Shown here: positions 25,850 to 39,476 of the stretch, one piece after another | Position numbering within the stretch: the first letter of the stretch is position 1 | Layout: the number at the start of each line of letters is the position of its first letter | Source of the DNA: Camelus dromedarius | Lineage: Eukaryota | Assembly: GCF_036321535.1 (NCBI RefSeq) | Contig: NC_087472.1 | Span: forward strand, 91,886,001-91,950,000 | Length of the DNA stretch: 64,000 nucleotides | Direction: 5' to 3' | Translations under genes and position numbers: made by a program | Notes under the pieces: model-generated | Database searches by the model: none | Told to the model about the DNA's origin: nothing | What the model saw: only the letters and a program-made list of their open reading frames with translations

Positions 25850-27810
25850 CAGATGATAAAAAGAATTATACACTATGACCAAATGAAATTTATAATAACT
25901 ATGCAAAGCTGGTTCAACATTTGAAAATCGATTAATGTAATCCATCAAACCAACAGGATAAAAAAGAAATACCACATGATCATGTCAATAGATGCAGAAA
26001 AAACACTTGACAAAATTCAATAACCATTTATTATAAAAACACCCAGTTAGCTAGGAATTATGAGGAATTTCCTCAATTTGATAATCCTCAAAAAATAGCT
26101 ATCATTATACTTGATGGTGCAAAACTCAAAGCTTTCCCACTAAGATCAGGAACAAGACAAGGATGTCTCTTCTCACCACTGCTTTTCAACATGGTAGTGC
26201 AAGTCCTAGCTAAAGCAATTAGTCAAGAAAAAGAAATCAAAGGTATGTGTATTTGGAAGAAAGAAACAAAATTTACTTTGTTCACAGATGACATAACTGT
26301 AAAAAATCTGAATCTATGTAAAAAAATCTATGTAAAAAATCTGAAAGAATTGACAAAACCTCCTGGAACTAATAAGAGATTGTAGCAAGACTATAAGATA
26401 CAAGGCTAATACAAAAAAGCCAATTGCTTTTATATACACCAGAAATGAATACATGGAATCTGAAATTAAAAATATAGTACCATTTATATCAGCACCCCCA
26501 AAATCAAATACTTAAGTATACATGTAACCAATTTATATAGCTATAAATATATATATATATATATTTATATATATATGACCCATATATATATATATATGAC
26601 CCATATGAGGAAAACTAAAAAACTCTAATGAAAGAAATCAAAGATCTAAATAAATGGAGAGTTATTCCATGCTTATGGATAGGAAGACTCAATATTGTCA
26701 AGATGTCAGTTTTTCACGTCTATAGATTCAATGCAGTCCCAACTGGAATTTAAGCAAGATATTTTGTGGATATCAACAAAGTGATTCTAATGTTTATATA
26801 TGTAGAGGCAGAAGACACAGATTAGCCAACACAATATTGAGGGAGAAGAACAGTTGGAAGACTGACACCCAAGATCAAGATGTACTATAGAGCTAGAGTA
26901 CTCAAGACAGTGTGATACTGGGGAAAGAATAGACAAAGAGATCAATGGGACAGAACAGAGAGCCTGGAAATTGATCCATGTAAATATAGTTAACTGATTC
27001 TTGACAAAGGAGCAAAGGCAATACAATGGAGCAAAGAGAATTTCTTCAACAAACGGTACTGTAACAGTTGGACATCCACATGCAAACAAATGAATCTAGA
27101 TACGGAGTTTACACCCTTCCTTAAAATTAACTCAAAATAGATCATTGACCAAAATGTAAGACACAAAACCTGTACATGAATTTTTATAGCAGCTGTATTT
27201 ATAATTGCCAAAACTTGGAAGCAATCAAGATATCTTTCAGTAGGTGAATAGATAAATCATAGTACATACAGACAATGGAATATTATTCAGCACTGAAAAG
27301 AAATGAGCTATCAAATCACAAAAAGACTTGGAAGGGACTTAAATGCATATTATTAAGTGAAAGAAGCTAAACTGAAAAGGCTATATACTGTATGATTCCA
27401 ACTATTTGACATTCTGGAAAAGAAAGAACTGTGAAGATAATAAAAAGATCAGTGGTTGCCAGGGGTTAGCTGAAAGGAGAGATGAATTGGCAGAGCATAG
27501 AGGGTTTTTAGGGTGTGAAACTACTCTGTACGGTACTATTCTAGTGATGCATGTCATTATACATTTGTCCAAACCCATAGAATGTACAACACTAAGAGTG
27601 AAACTAATGTAAACTATGGACTGTGGGTGATTGTTTTGTGTTAATATATGTTCATTAATTGTAACAAATACATCACTCTGTTGGGGGATGTTGACAATGG
27701 GGGAGACTATGCACTTGAGGGGGCAGGGGTATATGGAAACTGTATTTTCTGCCCAATTTTGCTGTGAACCTAAAACTGCTCTAAAAATTAAAGTCTATTT
27801 TTTAAAAGTG
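25850..27810 (+). mobile_element. L1MC-type LINE: decayed ORF2 RT domain and 3' UTR with internal deletion
   Basis: GATGCAGAAAAA..TTTGACAAAATTCAA (DAEK.FDKIQ), GGAACAAGACAAGGATGTCTCTTCTCACCA (GTRQGC..SP), TTCACAGATGAC (F.DD); many stops and frameshifts. Confidence 0.95.
26547..26606. repeat. (AT)n tract with duplicated ATGACCCATAT unit, inside the L1
   Basis: read directly. Confidence 0.9.
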
Positions 27811-28269
27811 CATCAAATGTATTTTATTTTTAAATATAAATTTTAGAAGATATTAGATGGCACTTTGTTTTTTTTCTGAAGATCTTTTCTAGGTAAGCAT
27901 TTATTTAATTTCAGCATTAGCATTTTACCAATAGTGTTTTATAGCAAAAAGCAATGGCAATTGGACTCAGTGTGTATGGTGTATCTTTACCTCTTCTAGA
28001 AACAGTGTTCAAAATTCTCTTAAAAGCACAAGTATTTTATTTTAGTTTTTAACATGTGTAATCAAAATCAATATAGGAAATCTTTACTTATGTGGAGATT
28101 ATTTATATACAAAACTGTATGAAAATCATTCATGCTATCACACCATCAGTTTCAAGATGTTTCTCATGCTGTTCTCAGATGAAAGGGGAAAGATCACACT
28201 CAGAAGTCTTATATGAGAAGGACTTTGGGCAACCTATGGTGAACCCCATTGCAAGTGTAGAACAGATGT

Positions 28270-28830
28270 GTAGGAAGAAACAGTTTTAAGAAATCCTTAG
28301 CTAGCTAAAAGATAAGGAAAAGACTTGATGGTGCCTTGGCCATGGGGAAGCAAGAGAAAGGGAGGGATCAGAGATGAATTCTAAAGTTCTAACTTAGGTA
28401 ACTATGTGGCATCACCAACTGAGAAAGAAAGCACTGGAAGAGGAGGAACAGTTGAGTCTGTGACCGTTGTACCACCTCTAGGTCGAGATGGCAGATGAGA
28501 GTACAAATCTGGGCTAGAGGCGAAGTTTAGAGAGCCATCAACACACAGTTGACAGTCAAAGCCATTCTGGGATGAGATTGTCCAGAAGGAGTTTAAAAAG
28601 GGGAGAAGACAGTTGGTTAGAGTAACACAGGTGTACAGAGAACAAAGGCAGATACTTCATGATAACTTATAAAAGAGAAGAACATTGAGAAGGATAGAGT
28701 AACTTATAGTGTCAAATGCAGCAGTAGAAGAAATGTGATTAGGGTGAAAAATATCTCATTAGGAGTGAGAACTTTTCAATTGAATTTTGATGGTTGAATT
28801 CAGACAGCTCTGGGTTGATGATCAAGTGGG
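28270..28830 (-). mobile_element. L2 internal fragment
   Basis: AAGTTCTAACTTAGGTAACT, AAATCTGGGCTAGAG, GATGAGATTGTCCAG, GTGTCAAATGCAGCAG resemble reverse L2. Confidence 0.6.
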
Positions 28831-28838
28831 ATGGCATG

Positions 28839-28920
28839 CAGAGTTGAGACTAGGATGAGTCAAACAAGGCACCTAGGGAATAAGATTTAAGAAAGCACTC
28901 ACTCTCAGGGTCATGAAAGT
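28839..28920. mobile_element. half of a MER96-like palindromic hAT MITE
   Basis: GAGACTAGGATGAG..AGGCACCTAGGG..ATTTAAGAAAGCACTCACTCTCAGGGTCATG. Confidence 0.65.
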
Positions 28921-30346
28921 CTGGAGGAAAGAGTAGGCAAATAAAAGCCCATTAGCCAGATGCCCAGGCAATGGCTAAGCTCCAGGTTAAGTAGTTAGCA
29001 CTGGGGAGGTGTAGAGGTACAACAGTTTTAGGGACTAATTCATGGTGGAGGATGGCTGTTGCTCCAGGGCAAAATGCCCAACATCGAGGTTAGAAGATGA
29101 ACAAAAGAGAAATTGACCTAGGGAAGCAGATTCTAGATCAAGTCATCTTATGTTATAGTGAACCATGTGATTTTGCCAGCATTTCAGACCTATAGAGTGG
29201 CAATTTCATGTGTTTCAGCGTAATGAATCTTTTTTTTTTTTCTGCCAAGGCACATGTGGTCTCTGGATCTGAATAGAGTCCAAATTGAAAAATAAGAGCT
29301 CTAAGGTACTACCTGTGAATGTGAATGTGTGATAATCAAGCAACTCTTACCATGTATGAAACACTTAATGGCATATTATGTGCCTTTTTTATCCATATGA
29401 CCCTAGTAGCAGCTTTTCTAACTAGATTGTAAGTTCTTCTACTAGAAGGGTATTTTTGGTACTCCTCCTAGATTCAAAGCTTTACAAAGCCACATTTGGA
29501 GCATCAGCAGGTATACAATTGATTCTTGATAGATGGAAGACGAAGGAGGCATAAGAAGGTGCTCTCCAGGCCTGAAGTTAGATTTTCCTTGAAAGAGAGC
29601 AAGAGTTTTTAGCTTTGCATTGACAACACTTTATTCTAGCAATTGCTTGATTACAATATGATAGCTAGCCAGCTAGACAAACAGATAGATGGATAGATAA
29701 ATATAAATAAGGATATAGACATAGAGATTCGGCTCACTTTATTATTATTCTGCATTTCCTTTCATGTTTTCAGTAGGTTTTAAACCTTTGAGGAAGTTTT
29801 TTTCCTTGCACCATTTGAAATCTGAAAGGTAACTAAAATTTAGACATACTTATTTTATTAAAACTCATTGCTTTTCTTATCAGTGAACTCATGTTATGCA
29901 ATTTTTGGGCAACATTATTTCGAGTGAAGCTGAGAGAGGCTCCAGCTTCAAGTACTCAATTCATTTTCTCTTTGCATAAAAATATCTCATTGCAGAGATA
30001 GGTTTCTAATTTCCAACTGTGGTTTTCAAGTCTTTTTTTTCAATGATTTATACGTTCACATTGGACTAGGCAAGCAATTTATATTAGTTCAAGTGGGGTT
30101 ACTGGGATGCATTGCTAAATGCTGCTAAAAAAGAATTACATAGAATAATAAACAATGTTTTATATACATACATATATATGAATTTCTATGTGCGTATGTC
30201 TGTGATTACATAATTCACAAATTATCCATCTTGTTAAACTTCAAGATTATCTAGGGATGTTCTAGTAGCAATTTACAATCCTGTAGGTGCAGTGGAGAAA
30301 TAGAATTTGAGTCTTATACCGATTTCCTGGATACCTGAATTAAGCT

Positions 30347-30670
30347 ATAGATCCACAATTCCTTCCTTGTAATTCAGAATTACTGAAAGCTCTGAAAACT
30401 GAAAGTTGCTTTTAGTAATGTAACTCATTAAGTGGCAAAAATTTCCTTGAAACCGCTTAAGGCTATTTATGGTTTTTATCACACTTAGTGTGAAAATTCA
30501 TATGTTTGACTGCAGAAGCTCTGATTATGGGGTACTGCCACTCAACTCTCCTGGGATGGTATGTCATACATGATACAGATACAGTAAGATATATTACCCT
30601 ACTCCATTCTAAACCATTTTGAATTCTGAACCACGTCTTGTCCCAGACCCTCAGGAGAAGCCACACTGCC
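30347..30670. mobile_element. ancient TcMar-Tigger-type MITE (Tigger15/MamRep434-like)
   Basis: TCCACAATTCCTT...AAAGCTCTGAAAACTGAAAG...GAATTCTGAACCAC..TCCCAG. Confidence 0.55.
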
Positions 30671-30844
30671 CTCTTCTGTCTATGAAGTACTCTTAGGATG
30701 TCTGAAGAGTCACCAGAGCATCAGGGACTTTGCACTCAACCTCAAGACTCAAGAGAAATGACTGAAGAGAGTAGCCTGGCGTGTGTTGACTAGTATTTTC
30801 CAAATTCAAATCTAGGGCACTTGAATATACGTATTTTTGTTATT

Positions 30845-31056
30845 TTTGTTTTTCCAGCTTTACTGAGATATTATTGACAAATAACATTGTATAAGTTTAA
30901 GACACCTTGATACATGTGTACACTGTAAAATGATCACCAGTATAATGTTAGTTAACACATCCATTCCCTCACATAATTACCTTTCTTTTGATGGTGATAA
31001 ATTTTAAGATAACTAAATAAAAGATAACTCTTACCCTCAACAACTTTCAGGTATAT
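30845..31056 (-). mobile_element. L1MA8/9-like 3' end fragment
   Basis: CAGCTTTACTGAGATA..TTGACAAAT...GTTAGTTAACACATCCAT..CTCACATAATTACC. Confidence 0.8.
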
Positions 31057-34000
31057 TTAAATACATATTTAAAGATATAAGAATTAGTCAACCAATCCCT
31101 CTCCCATGGGGTGAATTCACTCAATCTGTTCACTCCATCTCCATGCCCCTCAGCACTTAGGTACCAGTATGTGTTACTCGAAGACAGCATACAGTAAAAG
31201 GCACAAGAAAGTCTTTGATAATGTCATGTTCTTCTCCCTGTTAAGCTGCTCAAGCCACAGAAAGAGCCTGAACAGTGTGTGAATAGAGTCTTTCTTGTGG
31301 AAGTAACTGGAAGACGGCTGTCACTAACTATAGAAATGTTTCAGAGGCAATTATTGCGAAGGCAGAAAGTCATTTTTTATACCTCAAAAATTTGGAAGGA
31401 GGATGAGAGAAGACTCAGAAAAAAAAGTCATTAAGTTAGATACAGTGAGATTTCTTTCTACTGCTTACATGACAGAGATGAAAAGAAAATAAGTTATTCA
31501 CGTTTAATTAGTTAAAAATAGTAAATTAAAAATAATCTTGTCATTTAATAGTTCAAACTATCTTCTGATTAACTATTGCTTTCTCAGCAATTAAAATATG
31601 AAAAAAGATTGCACCTTCTGAGTGAAATCACGTAATAGAAAATGACATATAATCAGGTACTCCAGAACTGAGCAGGATTGTGAAAAGCTCAGAAATGAAA
31701 GGTTTCATATTAATTTGGTATGTTTTCTTTTACTAGGAACAGATTTTGAGGAACAAATGCCTAAATATAAATCAGCATTTAATCATTAAATGTTATGCTC
31801 TTGCCTTAATAATTATCTTTTAATTGTCCTGGCTTTTCAAATTCAAGTGTTACCCAGAAAAGTAAAGAAAAATACAGCAGCTAACTTAATCAGTTGTGGT
31901 TACAATTAAGGACAGTGTTTTTGTGGGTGTTTTTTGTTTGTCTTTTAGATTTTTAAAAGCCATAATAGGATTGGCAGGTCAGATCTTTTACATGTCCTCC
32001 TTGCAGTATTCAAATAGGGTCCATTTTTCTCTGAATGTGCCTGGGGCTGTTCTCACTCTAGAATGTGGCTTACCAAGGTCTCTTCAACTGTGCAGAATAG
32101 CCTCCCTCCTATTCCTCTTGGCAATACCCCATGTGCCCTAGAAGGTACATCTCAAAAGCCACTCCATTCTTACACTCGGATATGTGATGGCCTCATTTTT
32201 TAGAAAAGACTGTCATATGATTTCTTAATTATGTACCAGAATTATTTGTGTCTTTTGTTGTTGTTGTTTGAACCTTTCTGTAAATTTTTGTAGAGGATTA
32301 TTTTGCTCATTTTTATTTCCTTTGGAGAGTTTTCTTGCTTTTGAGGAGCTTAGTAAGTAGTTGTTAAATTGAACGGGAAAAATGGTCACTTTTTGAAAAT
32401 TAAAGCTAATAAGCATTAAGCTGAAACAGACATGGTTATTCACTTGTTAAAATAACTCACCATAAAAAATGGTTTATCTAAAAGATAGCTGTTGAGTTTA
32501 AGGTGTTCCTCAAATATCTTTACTAAATTCTCTGGTTTATCTTCTAAAACCAGAGGAGAGTAAATGTCATGAATGCAAAATAACTCTGACCTAAATCTTC
32601 CTAACAATGTTGGGGCCCTGTTGTCCCAAGACAGGGGCGGTAGTCTGATCGGAGAAGGGACAAAAGCAGCTGAGAGGTAAGAGCTTGTAGTCTCAGCTGC
32701 CAGACTCTTGGACCCTAAGACCCTCAGAGTGGAGAGGAACAAACTGTCTGAGCACCTGAGTTTAAAGGAATGCCCCTTAACATTCCTCTCTCTTCTCTCT
32801 AGTTCTCTGTACTAAGAAGCCTTCTGATCTGCAACTTAGTCTCTTCAATGGACTTATTAAGAGGGAGTGGGCCCTGTTCAAATGATTGATGCCAGTTATC
32901 TTACCAGATTCACCTCCCATTTCATTTAATGAATCAACATTCTGGTTTATAAATCAGTTTCTGGCAACTTGGCTTGGCATCCATCACTTCTCCACAGCTT
33001 GGTCACCCCTAAGTGAGCAGATTCATTTATGTTTTCATTGCTGTAAATCTGAAGAGTGGCCCCTGGGCCTGTGGGAAATTTTTCAAGAGCAGCCTCTGTG
33101 TGAGTCTGAATTGAAGCAGACAGCTCATGCTAGAATATTTTGAGCTTAACCATGTTTTAGGAATAATTCGTAATTCTGAGTATTGCAGTCCATAATATTC
33201 AGTAGGCAGTCTATACATATTTGTTGAATTAAACTGAATCTTATGCTAGCAATGAGCAAAAGCCAAGAAAGGCTTCATATTTATTATTATTATTTTAATT
33301 TTTTCTTTATCAGAATTGAGGGAGGGGCGGTGAGGAGAGGGAAAAGGAGATAGAATCACAAGAAAAGCAATCAGAACAGAAAAGGACCCGCAGCTCCCAT
33401 TGGGAGACGCATGTCAGAGGGTGACCTATTTTCAGATCAAAGCATGACTGAGCAGAACTGTGTAGAGACAACGGAGGTAAGCTTGGAGGGACACAGATGA
33501 CAGAGAAGGCAAGAAATGTTGAGTGGCTACTTTGAACAGGGAACTTCATGGGGAGTTATAAATACCTAAAGAAGGATTCTTAAGAAAATTTCAAGATAAT
33601 GCATTGATTAAAGCCCTCCTTAGTTGTGTATTTATGAAATTTAATACACAGCAGAATGCTGAAAAAGTAAAAAAAAAACCAAAAAACAAACCAACCCTCC
33701 CGTAGAATCTCCTTTTACAAGTCTACATCATTTCAGCAGTTTTCTGCAGTTGAAGTTATAGCTTTTTCTTTTTTGCATATGCATTGATAGGCCTTTTAGG
33801 GGAAGTACTATATACTCAGATGATATTTAGGGCTCCTTGTTCAGGGTTGTGGACCAAAGGTACCCAGCTAGAACTTTGATAAAAAGCTGAGCAACTGTGC
33901 ACTTTCACTATGGCTAACTATTCTCATCGATTTAGGATATAAAGGGTCCAGCAAGGAAGAGGATGATCCATACCAGGTCACTTGTGGCAGTCTAGTACCT

Positions 34001-34619
34001 TGAGTCCTTTCATCCAGTCCTATCTTCTGGTTCCTTGGAGAGGTATTGGAGGGGTCTTGATTTAAAGTGAATGAGATTTGGCACAGACAGTTCTTTATGT
34101 GTTAGGTCCCAGAACTGATAGACAAAAATTTGAAATGTGTGGCCCTGCCTAACCTGGAAGCATCTTCACTGGTCCTTGAGAAAAATCCAAAATGAGGAGC
34201 ACCAAAAGGCTATGAATAGGAAGTACTCCTGGATGTACAAATAAATATGGTGCCCATTGGCAGATGACTGCAAAGCCCTAAGTAGGTAGACAGTATGAAG
34301 AATAGAAGAATTTCACCCACCAGAATGTTTCTTTTTTTGAGGAGTTTGAGAATTCTCATTGAGAGAAGATGGGGGGGGGAGGAGACAGAGAGAAACTATA
34401 TTCCCAAGGGACTATACCCAGCAAGGGGGCCTGAGAGCAGATGCACCAATGCCAAAGAGGAAGGTGTTTAAGGCAAACGCAATGAACAGTTTCACTCTTG
34501 TTGGGAGAGAGAGACAGAGAAATCTGTAGAGGAAGTAGGGTGAAGCTTTCTGGGTAATATGCTGAGTAAACACTCGTCGCCCCAATTCTGTCATGTTGAG
34601 GAAATTTGTTTTAACAATC

Positions 34620-35150
34620 TGCATATTTTTCCAATGGCTTCCCTTTGTACTAAGAATAAAATGTAAACTCTTTGCCTTAGCTTGCAAGGCCTTGTCTCAT
34701 CTGGCCCCTGACTGCCTCTTCAACCTGATCTGGGGCCCTCCCTCCCTTCACTTCTGTCCATCCCAGTAAGCCTCAAGTTCTTCCATGTTGCCAAGCTCCT
34801 TCAGGCCTCAGGAGTCTTAGACCCTTTTGTTTCTCTGCCTGGAATGTTTGTCTCTAAGACCTTTGGATGGCTCAGCCGTTCTCAACTTTCAGGTCTCACC
34901 TCATATATCATCACCTCAGAAAGGTCTTCTCTTACCGCTCTATATAAAAGTATCCCTTCCTCTGACACTTTGTATTCAATAGCCAGCATTCTTTTCTTCA
35001 TAATACTTATGAACACCTGAGAAAATATTTGTTTAATTGTATACAGTGTGTCTAATCCATGAAATACAAACTTCTAGGGGGACTGGTTTGTCTTGGTCAT
35101 CAGGCATTCCAGTGCCTAGAAGAGTTCCTGTCTCATACTACATCTCAGAA
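34620..35150 (+). mobile_element. L2 fragment
   Basis: CAAGGCCTT..TCTGGCCCCTG, CTCTGCCTGGAATG, CACCTCAGAAAGGTCTTC, CCAGTGCCTAGAAGAG. Confidence 0.85.
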
Positions 35151-38100
35151 AGTACAGATTGTATAATTGGGACTATCCTTCAAGTTTCTAGTATCAGAAA
35201 CAGGCCTCAAGGCAGACTAGCAATATCCATTTACATTTTTTAAAGTTTAATATAAATCAAAACATGAGTGAGAATTTCAAAACAAAGACAAAAAGAGCAA
35301 ATTGTATTTCTTCTTAAAAATAGAAGATCTTCCAGCAGCTGACCTCATTTTTTTTTCGTGCAGTTATCACCATGAGGATGATAAAAGCAAGTTTTGCTGT
35401 TCTTACTCTAAAGACAAGTAAACTAAAAGCACCTGATAAAATTAGTGGTGTAGTCCAGACCAGAGCACAGCTCTCTTAACATTGGTTCAGTCTACGCTCC
35501 ATCCAAACTTCTATCAAACTTTATAGCTTCCTTTTGAAAAATATGATGAAAGTACCAAAAAAATAATATTAAACACAAACAAAAACATAACCACCTAGTT
35601 GCTTTGGCCTTTTATATAAAATCTGTATCACCTACATTCTATGTGCCACTGTTTGAAATCCCTGAGGTGGGTGGGCCTGCACATATATTAAAAGGGCTAT
35701 TCCTTTTGGAATGAAATAATAAAATATATTCTTGCTCTATTTGAGAAAAGGAAAAAAAAACTTCAACTCACATATGTAGTAACTTTCGATTTTAAATTTC
35801 TACGCAGCACACAGTAAGCTCATGCCACAGAAGATTAGGAAGGAATCAGTGGTATGTATTAGTTTCAATGAAAATTTAGGACAAAAATAATTAAACTGGA
35901 GATGGTTTTCCTCCAGAGAGGAGAAAAAATTGTCTACAGAGATCTTATAAATTACTAGCTGAATCCACAATGATCATTTATGTGTGTGAAAATAGGTGTT
36001 CATCTTCCTACAACCTACCTGATATAGGTGTACATTCTCCTGCAAGAGGCTCGGCTGCTGTTGGTTGTCATCATCTGAAAATTGGTGACTCAAGTTTCAC
36101 ATTTTTTTCAATGAAACATACTTCTGATCATTCATGAAGGGTTGGATTTTCCTATTAAAGAACTTTGCCTACGGGGCAGGAACATGCATCTGCTTTTCTT
36201 TTCATTGTATCAGATTAATACACTATGTAGTATTTGAAAAGAATGAGCAGAATGGATGATATCTGCAGAATAAAACTTCAAAATATACAAATTTGGCAAT
36301 CATTTTCTAAAACATTGTACTTGTATGTTAAACTATAACCAGAATGAAGAAGCGTGGGAGAAGTAACTAAAAAATGTCTTTAGATCAGAAGGTTTTTATT
36401 CCTGTACATAGGATTAAAATCTTAACCATGTGAAACCAAAGATAGAGCAGATTTATACATAAAATCATAATTGGAAAGACTGATGTAGGGGTAATTTAGT
36501 GGGTTGAGGATGAATTTTGCCTCTGGATTACAATAGCCCTTATTAAAGTAATATTTTTTGTAAGCATATTTCAAACTTGTTGATTCCAAGGAAATTGTAT
36601 TATTCCTCTGCTCTAGTTCATATTTCTAGATTATCCTTATCTACTCAGCGTATTAGAGATTTCTACTTTGGAATCAAATAAACTTAGCAAAAAGGGTGCG
36701 AAATGTTCTATTTTAAGTAACAGTTAACATTCTAAAATCAAGATTCAGTTTAATTTCCCACAACTGAAATATTCTTTTGTCATATAGAACATTTTAACTT
36801 GTATATGAGATAAGAAAATGAAGGCACATGGGAAAATGAGCAGAGACAAAATCTTATATACATCTTTTGTTCTTTTTCCTGTCTACAGCATTTACTGTAT
36901 ATATATGTATACAAAGTACATACATAAACACAGGGACAGAACCAGCAGATGATTAGTTTTACTTTCACTGATGGATATACAAAGCAAATACTTAAATTAT
37001 ACATAGTAGAGGGAGGGACAAATGTTAAAAAAAAAGCATCTCCTAATAACTTGCATTGATTATGTTTCTGTGCATTACTCATTTTCTTGAAATGATCCTA
37101 CCAATTACATAGTTTCAAAGCCATTAAAACATTATCTTTCATTTTCTAAGACTTAACCTTTATTTCTTAGTATGGAGACATCTGGCCAGAGATATAACTT
37201 CCTACCCCATTACAATGTTCTCATTTCTAGTATAGTTCTAGCAACTATTAGCACACATGTTGCAGTTTTTAATAAGCCATTCATTATTTTTTGAGTCTAT
37301 TCTTTCTGCCATCTCTTGATAATGTTTTATGACTTCCTAGGGTCAGAATTAGAGACCAGAGCAGGGAAGGTGAAACTTAAATTCATTCATTTTGCTACTT
37401 TTACTAGTTCACAGCTATAATGAGCAAGTAAAGCTTTTAGATTTCGTACAAGATTTTCATTCTACAATCTGTAGCTTTCATTCTGACTGATGGGCAGGGT
37501 TATCTTGTGTGAGTGTCAGAGTGTATCAGTGATAGTACTAATATACAGAATATCAGTAATATATACTAATATACAGAACAGTGCTGCTTAAGGAGCCAAA
37601 CACAAAAAATTTTCTATAAGCAGACACAGAAGAAAATACACACACACACACATATATATACACACACTAATATATTTCAAAACTAAAGCAGAGGTATCAT
37701 TTGTACCATGTTCTATAAGATATATATTTCTACACCACTGACGCCCATGCATATTATAGTGGTAGTCTACCCAAGCAGCTAAATCTCTAAAATTGAGGCC
37801 TATTTCTTTGAGTACATTACACCAATTGCATTAATAAGGGTAACATATTCCATCTTCTCTGTTAGGGAATGCATGAAACTCATAAATCAGTACAAGCCAT
37901 AATATTTATGGAAACAGAGGTTCTTCTCAAACCCTCAGCTGTGAATTATCAGCATTTCACAGCAGCTGAATTCAACACTGAACAGCTAATACATAGCAAT
38001 CCGTAGTGAAATATTTATGAGCTTAACAGTTTTCATTTATCTCAGAGAAATAGAGGGATGGATCTGCTTTAGATTGTACAAGTCTAGGATCTGATAGATG

Positions 38101-38686
38101 CTGAAGCATGTCTTAATCTGGCTGAGCAAAAGAGCACAATTCCACAGTTTATAGTTAATGCAGTAAGTACTAGTGATAAAAATGACATTTTGTGTCAATC
38201 ACTTTTATAAATGTACTATATTATGAAATGTCATCTCTGATGGGACACACTCTCCAAAGGACATTACCCTCTCCATTGTGATAGAGACCTTTGAACTATA
38301 TAACTTCAAATATGTTATGGTCAGAAACTGTACACACTGTGAAACTAAAACAGTGAACCAAGACAAATATCCAGATACTGCAAACTAGAATTACACCTTT
38401 ATATGAATAAAGTAGACAAATTGAGGCAAAATGTTTTGAATTAACAAAATCACTGCTTTAATCCTCTACACATGATGATGCCTGTTTAGGGATGCTGGAA
38501 TCCACTCAGGGCCTCAAGAACGTAGATTTTACATTCCAAGTAATCCCAGTAACCTTTAGGCTTTAATATCTCAACCGAGTGAAATGTTTTGAATCGTTTT
38601 TTTTCATAACTCTGAGCCTTTCCATGATGCTTCCTAAGCCTGAAGTCATTTCTCCACCAACTTTATTTGGACAGATCCTATTTACC

Positions 38687-39223
38687 TGTGCAGAAAAGAG
38701 CTAACCTACTGGGACTGAGACTGCTATCCTTAGAAAGTCCTGATCAAAAGAGACAGCTCTCGACTGGCCTGTGGGAACTTAGATTTTGGGAGAGTTCCCA
38801 TCATTTCCTGCTATGTATGGCTCACTGTGCAAACAATATGCTTTATGCTGAACATCTGCTTTCCGACAGTCTGGCATTTTGATGTGCTAGGCAGAGGGTG
38901 CTGATGTGACCAGCCCCCAATAAAATCCCTGGACGCTGAATCTCTAATGAACTTTCTGACAGACAACATTGTACACGTGTTGTTACAACTCCCTGCTGCA
39001 AGAATGAGGTGCATCCTGTGTGACTCGCCTGGGGGAGGACTCTTGGAAACTTGTGCCTGGTTCCTCTGGGATTCCCCCCTTGCACCTTTTCTTTTTTGTG
39101 ATTCTTGTTTCATATCCTCTTGCTGTAATAAATCATAGCCATGAATACAACTATATGCTGAGTCCTGTGAGTTCTCCTAGTGAATCATGGAAACTGGGGG
39201 TGGCCTTGGGGACCCTTGTTACA
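38687..39223 (+). mobile_element. solo LTR of the MER68/MER21 group
   Basis: starts TGTGCAGAAAAGAGCTAAC..TGAGACTGCTATCCTTAGAAAG; AATAAA at 39127-39132; ends TTGGGGACCCTTGTTACA. Confidence 0.9.
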
Positions 39224-39329
39224 TCTCTCTGCATTCTTAGCTCCAGCGTCACCTTCTCCCATTCCTCCCACCCCAAAATAATCACTCCCTCGATTGTTTT
39301 GAATAATGCAATTCATACCACTTGTATAG

Positions 39330-39476
39330 CTCTTACATGATATATTACAGTTGCTGTGTGTATGTCCATATCCTCTGAGGACAGGGATCATGCTTTATTG
39401 ATCTCTGTATCACTGTGTTCTAGCACAGTGACTATAAACTAAGTAACTGCTCAATAAATACTAGTTCAGTTGAATT
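39330..39476 (+). mobile_element. L2 3' end
   Basis: TCTGAGGACAGGGATCATG...CTAGCACAGTG...CTCAATAAATA. Confidence 0.8.
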
